From assembly GCA_963789445.1 (NCBI GenBank), contig CAWBKS010000001.1:2042141-2106140 (forward strand): a stretch of 64,000 nt of DNA, given 5' to 3'. The notes below the pieces were generated by a model. It saw only the letters and a list, made by a program, of their open reading frames with translations. It did no database searches and was not told where the DNA came from. Numbering within the stretch: the first letter of the stretch is position 1; every line of letters begins with the position of its first letter. Positions 55,928-64,000 of this stretch are shown here, one piece after another. The translations under genes were made by a program, and so were the position numbers. The DNA is from an uncultured Actinomycetes bacterium (GTDB lineage Bacteria > Actinomycetota > JAICYB01).

Positions 55928-57226
55928 CTAAAGCGCTTCGAGCCGCTCGAAGACCACGCCGATGTTGGCGAGGAACCTGCGCTCGTCGAAGATCTCGTCG
56001 AGCTTCGGCCCGGGTAGGGCCTCCGAAGCAACGCGGTCCTCCTTGAGGATCTCGAGATACGAGCGGTCCTCTTCCCAAGCCTGCATCGCCGCGCCCTGGA
56101 CGATCCGGTAGGCGTCGTCGCGCGACAGGCCAGCGTCGATCAGAGCGAGCAGGACGTGCTGTGAGAAGACCAGGCCGTGAGATGCGTCCATGTTGGATCG
56201 CATCCGCTCCGGGTACACGACGAGTCCGTCGATGATCTCGGTGATCTCGGCGATAGCGAAGTCGCAGACGCACGATGCGTCGACGAGGGCGACCCGCTCC
56301 ACCGAGGACTGCGCAATGTCGCGTTCGTGCCACGTCATCACGCTCTCCAGCCCGGCCTGCGCATAGCCGCGCAGCAATCGGGCGAGCCCGGCCAGCCGCT
56401 CGCTCCGCCAGGGGTTGCGCTTGTGCGGCATCGAGGACGACCCCTTCTGCGCGCCTTGCTCGAATGGCTCTTCGGCTTCGCGCACCTCCGTTCTCGCGAG
56501 GTGCCGGATCTCGGTCGACAGGCGCTCGATCGATGCCCCGATGAGGGCGAGCAGATTGAGGTACTCCGCGTGACGGTCACGGTTGGTGATCTGGGTTGGG
56601 GCGGGCTCCGGCGCCAAACCTACGGCGGCAAGCACATGGGCTTCGACCGATGGCGGGACGCTCGCATAGCTCCCCACCGGGCCCGAAAGCGTTCCTACGG
56701 CTACCTGCCGCCGCACGAAGTGCAGCCGTTCGGTGTGGCGCGAGAACTCGAAGGCGTAGCCTGCGAGTTTCGCGCCGAACGTCGTCGGCTCGGCATGGAT
56801 GCCGTGGCTGCGTCCCATGCAGATTGTGTCGCGGTGATCGAGCGCTTTGCGCTTGATCACGGCGACCAAGGGGTGGAGTCCGCCGTCGAGCACGTCGCAG
56901 GCATCGCGCATCGCGATGCCCTGCGCTGTGTCGACCACGTCGTAGGACGTGAGCCCGTAGTGGATGAAGCGGCCTTCATCTCCGCACGTCTCCTGGACCT
57001 GCGAGACGAAGGCCGCCGTCTCGTGCGAGACCTGCGCGTCCAGCTCGGCGATGCGTGCGGCGTCGACCCGTGCCGTCGCGCGACACGCGTCGGCCGTTCC
57101 CGCAGGTATCCGTCCTTCTCTCTCCCAGGCGTCCAGAGCGGCCAGCTCGACGTCGAGCCATCGCTGGTAGCGTGCGTCGTCCGACCACAGCCGGCCCATC
57201 TCCGGGCGCGTGTACCGGGGGATCAT
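55928..57226 (-). CDS. purB: Adenylosuccinate lyase
   Basis: 432 aa. Contains IPRYTRPEM, TSYDVVDT, GRSHGIHAEPTTFG and the signature SSSMPHKRNP. Confidence 0.95.
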   Translation of the reverse strand: MIPRYTRPEMGRLWSDDARYQRWLDVELAALDAWEREGRIPAGTADACRATARVDAARIAELDAQVSHETAAFVSQVQETCGDEGRFIHYGLTSYDVVDTAQGIAMRDACDVLDGGLHPLVAVIKRKALDHRDTICMGRSHGIHAEPTTFGAKLAGYAFEFSRHTERLHFVRRQVAVGTLSGPVGSYASVPPSVEAHVLAAVGLAPEPAPTQITNRDRHAEYLNLLALIGASIERLSTEIRHLARTEVREAEEPFEQGAQKGSSSMPHKRNPWRSERLAGLARLLRGYAQAGLESVMTWHERDIAQSSVERVALVDASCVCDFAIAEITEIIDGLVVYPERMRSNMDASHGLVFSQHVLLALIDAGLSRDDAYRIVQGAAMQAWEEDRSYLEILKEDRVASEALPGPKLDEIFDERRFLANIGVVFERLEAL

Positions 57227-57579
57227 CCGGCCATCCTAGAAGGGCCGGATCGGGCCATCCTTCTGCCCCAGCCCTTGGCCCACGTGCTCACCGGCTTGAA
57301 CAACGTCATGAGCTCGCGTCCCTCTTTAGTCAAGTCGAATCCTTCGTCGCCGAGCTCGACGATGCGCGCGTCTCGCAGCTCGCGCAAACGCTGATTCAGC
57401 ACGCTCGGGGACATGTCATCGCATCGATCACGCAGCTCCCGAAAGCTCGCCGGGCTGGAGTCGAAGAGCTCCCAGAGGATCCGCAGGGTCCAGCGGCGTC
57501 CGAAGAGATCGAGCAACGCCATGATCGGTCGCCCGGTCTGTGAACCCCGAACGGGCCGGCCGGGCACACCTGCGGCCAT
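57223..57579 (-). CDS. HxlR-type winged-helix transcriptional regulator
   Basis: ALLDLFGRRWTLRILWEL ... MSPSVLNQRLRELRDARIV pattern. The stop overlaps the purB ATG (ATGA). An alternative start is ATG 57522. Confidence 0.78.
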   Translation of the reverse strand: MAAGVPGRPVRGSQTGRPIMALLDLFGRRWTLRILWELFDSSPASFRELRDRCDDMSPSVLNQRLRELRDARIVELGDEGFDLTKEGRELMTLFKPVSTWAKGWGRRMARSGPSRMAG

Positions 57580-57627
57580 CTGCGTCCTCCTCGTAGGAGC
57601 GCTACGCCTTTCGAAGCGCTACGGATA

Positions 57628-58383
57628 TCATAGCGCAGGCGCGAGGATCTGCGGCCGGTCCATCTCGCACAGCGGGATGTCGGGCGACTCGCCGAGGGGC
57701 ACCGACCGCCATGCTTCGATCTCGACCGGCCGGGTGTTGTGGATACCGACGGCCAGCCCCAGCCGGTATTCGCCGGCGAAGTCGAGAGATCCGAATGTCC
57801 ACCGGTCGGGATCATCACTCCAGCCTTCGGCGAAGCGTGCTCTGATCGGGCGCTCTCCGGGCGGGAACCAGACACGATCTGCTCCATGGATGAATCCGAC
57901 ACCGCGAGCTTTCAGATACGCCTCCTTGAGCGTCCAGCACTCGAGGAAGGACGATTCGAGCTGCTCGTGAGGGAGATCGCGCAAGGCGCGGGCCTCGTCC
58001 CGGGCGAGAAGGCCGAAAATCTCTGTCGCGTCGAAACCGATCGGGTATCGCTCCATGTCCACACCGATGGGAACTTCCCTCGACACAGCGCACACGACGG
58101 CGCCCCGCGAGTGCGAAAGGCTGAAAGACAATCCGGGCGCATCTTCGACGCGAAGCCGTCCCACTTCATTGGTGGTGAAGCGCCAAGACTCTGGGGACCG
58201 AGGAACAAGTCTGGACAGCACGGTGCGAACAAGGGCGCGCGTCGTTAGGAACTCAGAGCGGCTCTCGTCGCTGCGTAGTCTCGCGTATCTCCGGCTCTCC
58301 TGGGCGTCGAGCAAACAGGCGTAGGAGTCCAGCCGATCCCCGGTGTGGTCCACGTACGCGAGCCAGATGTGCACCTTGCTCAA
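57628..58383 (-). CDS. Sfp-type 4'-phosphopantetheinyl transferase
   Basis: TTG 58383 overlaps the NRPS stop (TTGA), with GTG 58374 as an alternative. Contains FSLSHS, PIGVDMER and WTLKEAYLKARG motifs. Confidence 0.85.
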   Translation of the reverse strand: MSKVHIWLAYVDHTGDRLDSYACLLDAQESRRYARLRSDESRSEFLTTRALVRTVLSRLVPRSPESWRFTTNEVGRLRVEDAPGLSFSLSHSRGAVVCAVSREVPIGVDMERYPIGFDATEIFGLLARDEARALRDLPHEQLESSFLECWTLKEAYLKARGVGFIHGADRVWFPPGERPIRARFAEGWSDDPDRWTFGSLDFAGEYRLGLAVGIHNTRPVEIEAWRSVPLGESPDIPLCEMDRPQILAPAL

Positions 58384-61300
58384 GACGAGCCTCCGCTTGA
58401 GCGAGTGAGTTCGGAGATCCGGCGCCCGGGGTCGTGAACGATCCGCTCCAGCAGCTCGACGTATGTACTCCCGAAACGCTCCGCCCCTTCCGGATCGAAA
58501 CGGTCCGTGTCGATCGACACCGCGACCACGAGCCGGCCTTCGCGGCGGCGGATGACGAATTCGAGGCCCCAACCTTGAGTCGACGGTTCGGCCGCCTGCC
58601 GCGTGACTTCAGCGTCGCCCAAGTGCAGCTCGACCGATTCTCGGTCGACGAGCTGGAACGTGACCTGATGGGCCGGCGCCTGTAGGTGCGCCTTCCGAAA
58701 GGCCCGGGTGATCTCCGAGAAGGGAAGCTCCAGGTTCGCCGCCAGGCCCAGGGCCTTGGTACGAACGCGATCGAGCAGCACCTCGAAGGTGGGGTCGCCC
58801 GAGAGATCGGCACGCAGCGGAAGGAGGTTGATGAAGAACCCGACGGCGCGCTCGAGGTCGGGGTGCGTCCGCGTTGATGCGTATGTGCCGATGGTTATGT
58901 CCTCGGCTCGGCACGTAGCTCCGAGAAGCGCTAAGAAGGCTGCCGACAGCCCCATGTACGGGGTTGCATTGCGCTCGGCGCACATGCCCACGAACGATCT
59001 CGTGACATCACCATCGATCGTGAAGTGCTGGATGCGGCCCGTTAGGTCCTGTACGGCCGGTGCCGAGCGCGAGAACGGAAACTTCAGCGCTGGAGAAGCG
59101 GGAAAGAGCTCACTCTTCCAATAGTCGATCCGCGCCTTGTAGGCCGGGCTCCCGCGCGCGAGCCATCGTCTGACCCAGGCCGCGTAGTCCATGGCTTGCA
59201 CTCCGGGCTCGGCGAGTCGAGGCGCCTCTCCTCGGCGGAATGCGTCGTACAGGATGCCGAGGTCTTCCAGCAGCACGCCCGTGCTGTCGGCGTCGAAAGC
59301 GAGGTGGTGCATGGAGAGAACCAGCCGGTGGTGGTCGGCTCCCAGCCGGATCAACGTCGCGCGGATCAAGAGGCCGCCGGAAAGCTCGAAGGGCATCAGC
59401 GACTCGTCGAGGACTAACTGCGCAACGGATCCTTCGTCGCTCCCGCTCACGTCGAGAACGCGCAGCTCGAGGCCGCGCTTTGTGACTTTCTGCACCGGGC
59501 CCCGAAGACGCGCTCTGTACTGAGTGCGAAGGGGCTCGTGGCGGGCGACCAGTGCGGCCAGCGCCGATTCCAACGCCGCTACGTCGAGCGGGCCCCGCAG
59601 ATCGAATATCGACGTCACGTTGTTGCCCAGGCGCCGCTTGGTCCACATCACCCGCCAGTTGGCCTCCTGGAAGTACGACAAGGGATGAGCGCGAGCACGG
59701 GACACCGGCTCGATCGGGGGCCGGTCTTCGGTCGGGGATTCGTGGTGGTCGATCAGCTCCGACAATTCGGCCACCGTCGGGTGATCGAAGAGCGCGCGCA
59801 GAGGCAGCGCGGTACCGAACACCTGTTGGACGCGAACCAGCAGACGCGCGCCGAGCAGAGAGTGACCACCCAGATCGAGGAAGTGGTCGTCCGCGCCTAC
59901 ATCGGCGACGCCCAGGATCTCGCTCCATAGCCGAGCCATCGTCTCTTGCGTTTTCCCCTGCGGTGCGACGCGCGCCGTTCCCGTCCGGACGACTTCGACG
60001 TCCGGTGGAACCAGCGCGCCTCTATCGATCTTGCCGCTCGATGTCAGCGGCAACACATCGAGCTCGACTAACAGGGATGGGACGAGTTGCTCAGGCAACG
60101 ACTCGGCCAACGACGCACGCAGCACGGCCGGCGTCAGCATCGACCCCTGTTCGGCGGTGAAGAACGCGACGAGTTGAGCGTCCCCGGACGCGTCCTCGCG
60201 CGCAGAGACCGCGGCTCCGCTTACACCGGCAACGGCTACGAGTGCCGCTTCGATGTCGGCCACCTCGACGGTGTGCCCGCGGACCTTCAGCCGGCCGGGC
60301 TTGCGTCCGCAGTACTCGTAAGTGCCGTCGGACCGGAGCCTCCCGAGGTCGCCTGTTCTGTACCGGCGCAGGTTTCCACCGCGCGGGTCGTCGGAGAAGA
60401 CCGACTCCGATCTTTCGGCGTCCCCGAGATATCCCGGGCTGCCCGTTATGCCCACAGCAACGATTTCGCCCACTTCACCCTCGGGAACGACCCGGCCGTC
60501 CTCATCGAGCAGCAGGATCTCGATACCGCGCGTCGGCCGCCCGATAGGGAACGGAGCGTCCGCTGCTTCGCTGCCGTCCGACTCGTGTAATGCGATCGAA
60601 CCCATCTCGGTCGCGCCGTACTTGTTGATGAGACGGCACTCTTCTCCGAAGATCCTGTGCACCGTGACCAAGTCGTGGCCGAATACCGGCTCACCTCCTA
60701 GGAATACCGCGCGGACACCTTCTAGTCGCCTGGACGGTTCCAGGCTTTCGGCGAATCTTCTGAACACGGTGGGCGCCCAGTCCAATGTCGTGATCCCGTT
60801 CTCAGTGATCCAATCCGCCATTCCGACCAAACCCTCGATGCGCATGTCGCGGATATGGATGGATGCGCCGGTTAGGAGTCCTGCATACGTCTCTGTGAAT
60901 GTGCCTACGAAGTTGTAGGGACGCAGGATCGTCAATCGATCGTGGCGATCGATACCCATGGCCTCGACGTGCACCCGGGCCGAATAAGCCAGAGCTCGAT
61001 CGGTTCGCGTTACTCCTTTCTGACGGCCCGTCGAGCCCGAGGTGAACAGGATGTGGGAAACCCTGTCGAGCTCATCACCGTCATGCGGGCGGCCGTGCGG
61101 ACTCTGACGGAACATCTCGCTTATCTCGTCTGCAGAGATCCGAGTGGGTTCGACCGCCACGAAAGTCTTGCCGGCCATCTGGGAGCCGAGCATCGTCACC
61201 ACCTGCTCGATGCCGGGCCCGGGATCGGCGACGACCGCAGCCGGCCCCTCGCCGAATTCGGTGATCATCCGCGCCGCCGCCTCCCCGGCGGCGGCCTCGA

Positions 61301-61442
61301 GGTCTCGGTAGGTCAAGGACTCCGTCCCATGGCGAACGGCCAGCCGATCCTTGTACCGATCAGAGATGAGCCGGAAGCGGTGAACAACGGACTTCATTTC
61401 AGCGTCCGACGGAAACTCTTCGAAACCGTGCCCGGCGCTCAA
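58380..61442 (-). CDS. Single-module nonribosomal peptide synthetase, domain order A-T-C
   Basis: Adenylation motifs LFTSGSTGRQKGV, NKYGATE, YRTGDL and PLTSSGKIDR. Carrier domain LGGHSLLGARL (~59856-59870). Condensation domain with HHLAFDAD (59287-59309). TTG 61442 overlaps the upstream stop, with ATG 61397 as an alternative. Confidence 0.9.
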   Translation of the reverse strand: MSAGHGFEEFPSDAEMKSVVHRFRLISDRYKDRLAVRHGTESLTYRDLEAAAGEAAARMITEFGEGPAAVVADPGPGIEQVVTMLGSQMAGKTFVAVEPTRISADEISEMFRQSPHGRPHDGDELDRVSHILFTSGSTGRQKGVTRTDRALAYSARVHVEAMGIDRHDRLTILRPYNFVGTFTETYAGLLTGASIHIRDMRIEGLVGMADWITENGITTLDWAPTVFRRFAESLEPSRRLEGVRAVFLGGEPVFGHDLVTVHRIFGEECRLINKYGATEMGSIALHESDGSEAADAPFPIGRPTRGIEILLLDEDGRVVPEGEVGEIVAVGITGSPGYLGDAERSESVFSDDPRGGNLRRYRTGDLGRLRSDGTYEYCGRKPGRLKVRGHTVEVADIEAALVAVAGVSGAAVSAREDASGDAQLVAFFTAEQGSMLTPAVLRASLAESLPEQLVPSLLVELDVLPLTSSGKIDRGALVPPDVEVVRTGTARVAPQGKTQETMARLWSEILGVADVGADDHFLDLGGHSLLGARLLVRVQQVFGTALPLRALFDHPTVAELSELIDHHESPTEDRPPIEPVSRARAHPLSYFQEANWRVMWTKRRLGNNVTSIFDLRGPLDVAALESALAALVARHEPLRTQYRARLRGPVQKVTKRGLELRVLDVSGSDEGSVAQLVLDESLMPFELSGGLLIRATLIRLGADHHRLVLSMHHLAFDADSTGVLLEDLGILYDAFRRGEAPRLAEPGVQAMDYAAWVRRWLARGSPAYKARIDYWKSELFPASPALKFPFSRSAPAVQDLTGRIQHFTIDGDVTRSFVGMCAERNATPYMGLSAAFLALLGATCRAEDITIGTYASTRTHPDLERAVGFFINLLPLRADLSGDPTFEVLLDRVRTKALGLAANLELPFSEITRAFRKAHLQAPAHQVTFQLVDRESVELHLGDAEVTRQAAEPSTQGWGLEFVIRRREGRLVVAVSIDTDRFDPEGAERFGSTYVELLERIVHDPGRRISELTRSSGGSS

Positions 61443-62275
61443 ACGTGACGTGTGAGCCACTCCTCGACTGCAGCGAAGAACACCTCGGGCTCCTCCACCC
61501 ACGGGAAATGCGCACTGTCCTCGAGCCAAACGAGCTCGGCGTCGGGGATCGCGGTCGACAGCCGCTTCGCACACTCGGGAGTTGTTTGCAGGTCGTAACG
61601 CCCGCACGTCACCAAGGTGGGGCAAGCGATGCGGTCGAGCTTGTCGACAACCGACCATCCGGAGAGGGCCATGAACCCCAGGATCGCTGTAGACATGTCA
61701 CGAATCACTTCCGAAAAGTCGGAGACCAGAACTGCCGGGTCCGTTTTGTGGACATAAGCCCGCGCGTGCCCGAGCGACAAGCCACCGGTCGCCTCATCGG
61801 GGGAAGGTGGGGACGAGAACAACTTTTGCGCAGCCTCGACCGCTTCTTGAGAAACCGTCGAGGGGTCGGGGCGCTCAGCGAGCTCTTCGGGTGTCGGCTC
61901 GAACCTTCCGGGAGATGTGTCGAAGAGCATGAGGTGAGTAAGAGATTCGGGATACGTCGTTGCGTACTCGAGGGCGATGAACCCTCCGAATGAGTGACCG
62001 AGCAAAGCGATCTTCTCGTATCCGAGGTGGTGTCGCAGCGCGTCAACGTCGGCGGCAAGCTGGGGAATAGTGATCGTCTCGGACGGTGGGCGATCCGAGC
62101 GCCCGTTGCCTCTCTGGTCCAGGTAAATGAACTGCAGGTGGTCGTTCAGGGGACCGAAAGAGGCCTTGAAGTAGGTGTGGTCCATGCCGAGCCCGCCGTG
62201 CAACGCGATACATGGGATCCCTTCGCCGAGTACCTCGTAATAGAGGTTGGTCCCGTTGATCAGAGCCGTCGACAC
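61439..62275 (-). CDS. Alpha/beta-fold hydrolase (proline-iminopeptidase-like; possible thioesterase role)
   Basis: 278 aa. HGGLGMDH, LDQRGNGRSD and the nucleophile elbow GHSFGG. GTG lies 3 nt after the purE stop. Confidence 0.85.
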   Translation of the reverse strand: MSTALINGTNLYYEVLGEGIPCIALHGGLGMDHTYFKASFGPLNDHLQFIYLDQRGNGRSDRPPSETITIPQLAADVDALRHHLGYEKIALLGHSFGGFIALEYATTYPESLTHLMLFDTSPGRFEPTPEELAERPDPSTVSQEAVEAAQKLFSSPPSPDEATGGLSLGHARAYVHKTDPAVLVSDFSEVIRDMSTAILGFMALSGWSVVDKLDRIACPTLVTCGRYDLQTTPECAKRLSTAIPDAELVWLEDSAHFPWVEEPEVFFAAVEEWLTRHV

Positions 62276-62278
62276 GAT

Positions 62279-62731
62279 CTAGCTCTCGGCTTGGCGGCGC
62301 TTGAACTCCTCGAATCGCTTCGCGAGGTCTTCGTCGGCCGTCGCCAGGATCTGAACGGCCAGCAATCCTGCGTTCTGGGCGCCGTTCACGGCAACGGTCG
62401 CAACGGGCACGCCTTTGGGCATCTGCACGATCGCCAGGAGCGAGTCCATACCGCCAAGACCGCCCGATTCGATGGGCACTCCGATGACCGGCCGAGCTGT
62501 ATGGGCGGCGACCACGCCGGGCAGATGGGCGGCCAGACCGGCACCGCAGATGAAAGCCTTCACCCCCCGGCCCTCGGCCTCCTTTATGTAAGCGACCAGC
62601 GCCTCGGGCTTCCTGTGAGCGCTGATCACGTTGGTTTCCGACTCGACGCCGAAGTCGGCGAGCGCCTCCTCGGCCCGCTTCATCACGTCGCGGTCCGACT
62701 CCGAGCCCATGAGAATGGCGACGAAACTCAC
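62279..62731 (-). CDS. purE: N5-carboxyaminoimidazole ribonucleotide mutase
   Basis: 150 aa. Contains ILMGSESD, SAHRKP, GAGLAAHLPGVVAA and PVIGVP motifs. GTGA overlap with purD. Confidence 0.93.
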   Translation of the reverse strand: MSFVAILMGSESDRDVMKRAEEALADFGVESETNVISAHRKPEALVAYIKEAEGRGVKAFICGAGLAAHLPGVVAAHTARPVIGVPIESGGLGGMDSLLAIVQMPKGVPVATVAVNGAQNAGLLAVQILATADEDLAKRFEEFKRRQAES

Positions 62732-63993
62732 GAGATCCCTTCTGCTATGTCGCGCCGGAAATGCCGGCCGTCCATCTCTATCTTCTCAACTGCGTCGTAG
62801 GCGCGCTTGCGTGCCTCAGGGATGGACGAGCCTAGTGCGCTGACGTTCAGAACGCGCCCGCCTGCACTTGCGAGCTTGCCGTCCTTGGTCGTCGTGCCGG
62901 CGTGGAACACGGCAACGTCGCCCAAGGCCTCTGCGCTCTCGATCCCGGAGATGGGTTTCCCTGTTTCGTAGTCCTCGGGATACCCGCCCGACGCAACGAC
63001 GACGCTTACGCAAGAGTCATCGGTCCATTCGAGCTTGGTGCCGCTCAAACTTGATGTCGCACACGCAAGAAGCACCTCTCCGAGGTCGCTGCGCAGACGC
63101 GGCATCAACACTTGGGTCTCGGGATCGCCGAACCGGCAGTTGACCTCGATCAAACGCGGACCCTTCGCGGTGAACATCGCCCCTAGATAGAAGCAACCTT
63201 TATACGGACGGCCTTCGGATGCCAGTCCGTCGATCAGTGGAAAGATGATCTCGCTCACGGCTTTCTCGCGAGATTCGGGCGCGAGCCAGGGGACGGGCGA
63301 GTAAGAGCCCATCCCGCCGGTGTTGAGGCCCTCATCGTTATCGCGAGCGCGTTTGTAGTCCTGCGCCGGTTCGAGGATGAGCTTGGTCTCGCCATCGGTG
63401 AGACAGAAGATCGAGGTCTCACGTCCTTCGAGGAACTCTTCGACCACAACGCGATTGCCGGAATCGCCGAAGACGCGCGCGCGCATAATCTGTTCGATGG
63501 CGTCGGTTGCTTCTTTGTGGTCGCGGCAGATGAGGACTCCTTTGCCGGCCGCGAGTCCTTCGGCCTTGACCACGACCGGTCCGGCGATGGTCTTCGCGTA
63601 GTCGATCGCCGCGTCGGCATCGTCGAATGTCTCGCCTTCGGCCATTGGAGCCCCGTGCCGGCGCGCCAGCTCGCGGCAGAACACCTTGCTTCCCTCTATC
63701 TCCGCCGCTGCTTTGGACGGACCGAAAACGGTCAGCCCTTCATCTGCGAAGACGTCGGCGATCCCCGCTACGAGCGGGATCTCGGGCCCGACGACGGTGA
63801 GATCTATCGCTTCGTCTCTGGCAAGGTTTGCGAGCCCTTCGAGGTCGTCCACCTTGACGTCGACCGTGCGGCCTAGGGTCGCCATGCCCGGGCTCCCGGG
63901 AGCCGAGATCAGCTCATCGACGCTGGGGCTCCGCGCGAGCTTCCAGGCCAGCGCGTGCTCACGTCCGCCGGAGCCGATGACGAGGACGCGCAT
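62728..63993 (-). CDS. purD: Phosphoribosylamine--glycine ligase
   Basis: 421 aa. Contains MRVLVIGSGGREHALAWKL, ATP-grasp patterns (VVKAEGLAAGKGV, LEEFLEG) and NCRFGDPETQ. Confidence 0.95.
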   Translation of the reverse strand: MRVLVIGSGGREHALAWKLARSPSVDELISAPGSPGMATLGRTVDVKVDDLEGLANLARDEAIDLTVVGPEIPLVAGIADVFADEGLTVFGPSKAAAEIEGSKVFCRELARRHGAPMAEGETFDDADAAIDYAKTIAGPVVVKAEGLAAGKGVLICRDHKEATDAIEQIMRARVFGDSGNRVVVEEFLEGRETSIFCLTDGETKLILEPAQDYKRARDNDEGLNTGGMGSYSPVPWLAPESREKAVSEIIFPLIDGLASEGRPYKGCFYLGAMFTAKGPRLIEVNCRFGDPETQVLMPRLRSDLGEVLLACATSSLSGTKLEWTDDSCVSVVVASGGYPEDYETGKPISGIESAEALGDVAVFHAGTTTKDGKLASAGGRVLNVSALGSSIPEARKRAYDAVEKIEMDGRHFRRDIAEGIS

Positions 63994-64000
63994 GCCAACA

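Overview
GC-rich sequence with strong GC3 bias, about 70 tightly packed genes, and many ATGA/GTGA/TTGA start-stop overlaps. The gene content points to an actinobacterium: WhiB, an F420-type LLM oxidoreductase, a DinB/TIGR03086-type protein, ECF sigma, WS/DGAT and a Lys/Ala/Pro-repeat histone-like protein. All functional calls come from reading motifs in the supplied translations; no database search was possible. I found no tRNA, rRNA, CRISPR array, transposase or integrase.

Main blocks:
- 0.2-20 kb: housekeeping and secreted proteins. These include mdh, folD, an ECF sigma with a DUF4349 anti-sigma, a split metE-like pair, SDR, HIBADH-like, a hydrolase-cyclase fusion, an FMN oxidase, a metzincin, an LLM oxidoreductase, two CAP-domain proteins, two cupredoxins, an amidase and a GH1 enzyme.
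- 22.6-36.1 kb: a nitrogen-control island. It holds two tandem amt-glnK pairs (the distal amt is frame-disrupted), a small zinc-finger-like membrane ORF, a receiver-less OmpR-type wHTH gene, an unusual fusion of a cation/proton antiporter to a degenerate GlnD-like HD+2xACT module, and a canonical glnD.
- 36.2-45.8 kb: histone-like gene, whiB, TetR, a heterodimeric ABC exporter, and a Cys-less thiolase-like gene with a DUF35 partner.
- 45.8-64 kb: purine genes in two minus-strand operons, purC-S-Q-L-[lipoprotein]-F-M-[Tat redoxin] and purD-E-[hydrolase-NRPS-PPTase]-hxlR-purB-HAD.

The two best candidates for something undescribed are the antiporter-GlnD-like fusion operon and the minimal A-T-C NRPS trio embedded in the purine operon by translational coupling.

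A caveat runs through the window. Six coding frames are broken in a way that skipping exactly one nucleotide would repair, and purF is one of them. This means either insertion-type sequence errors or real gene decay.
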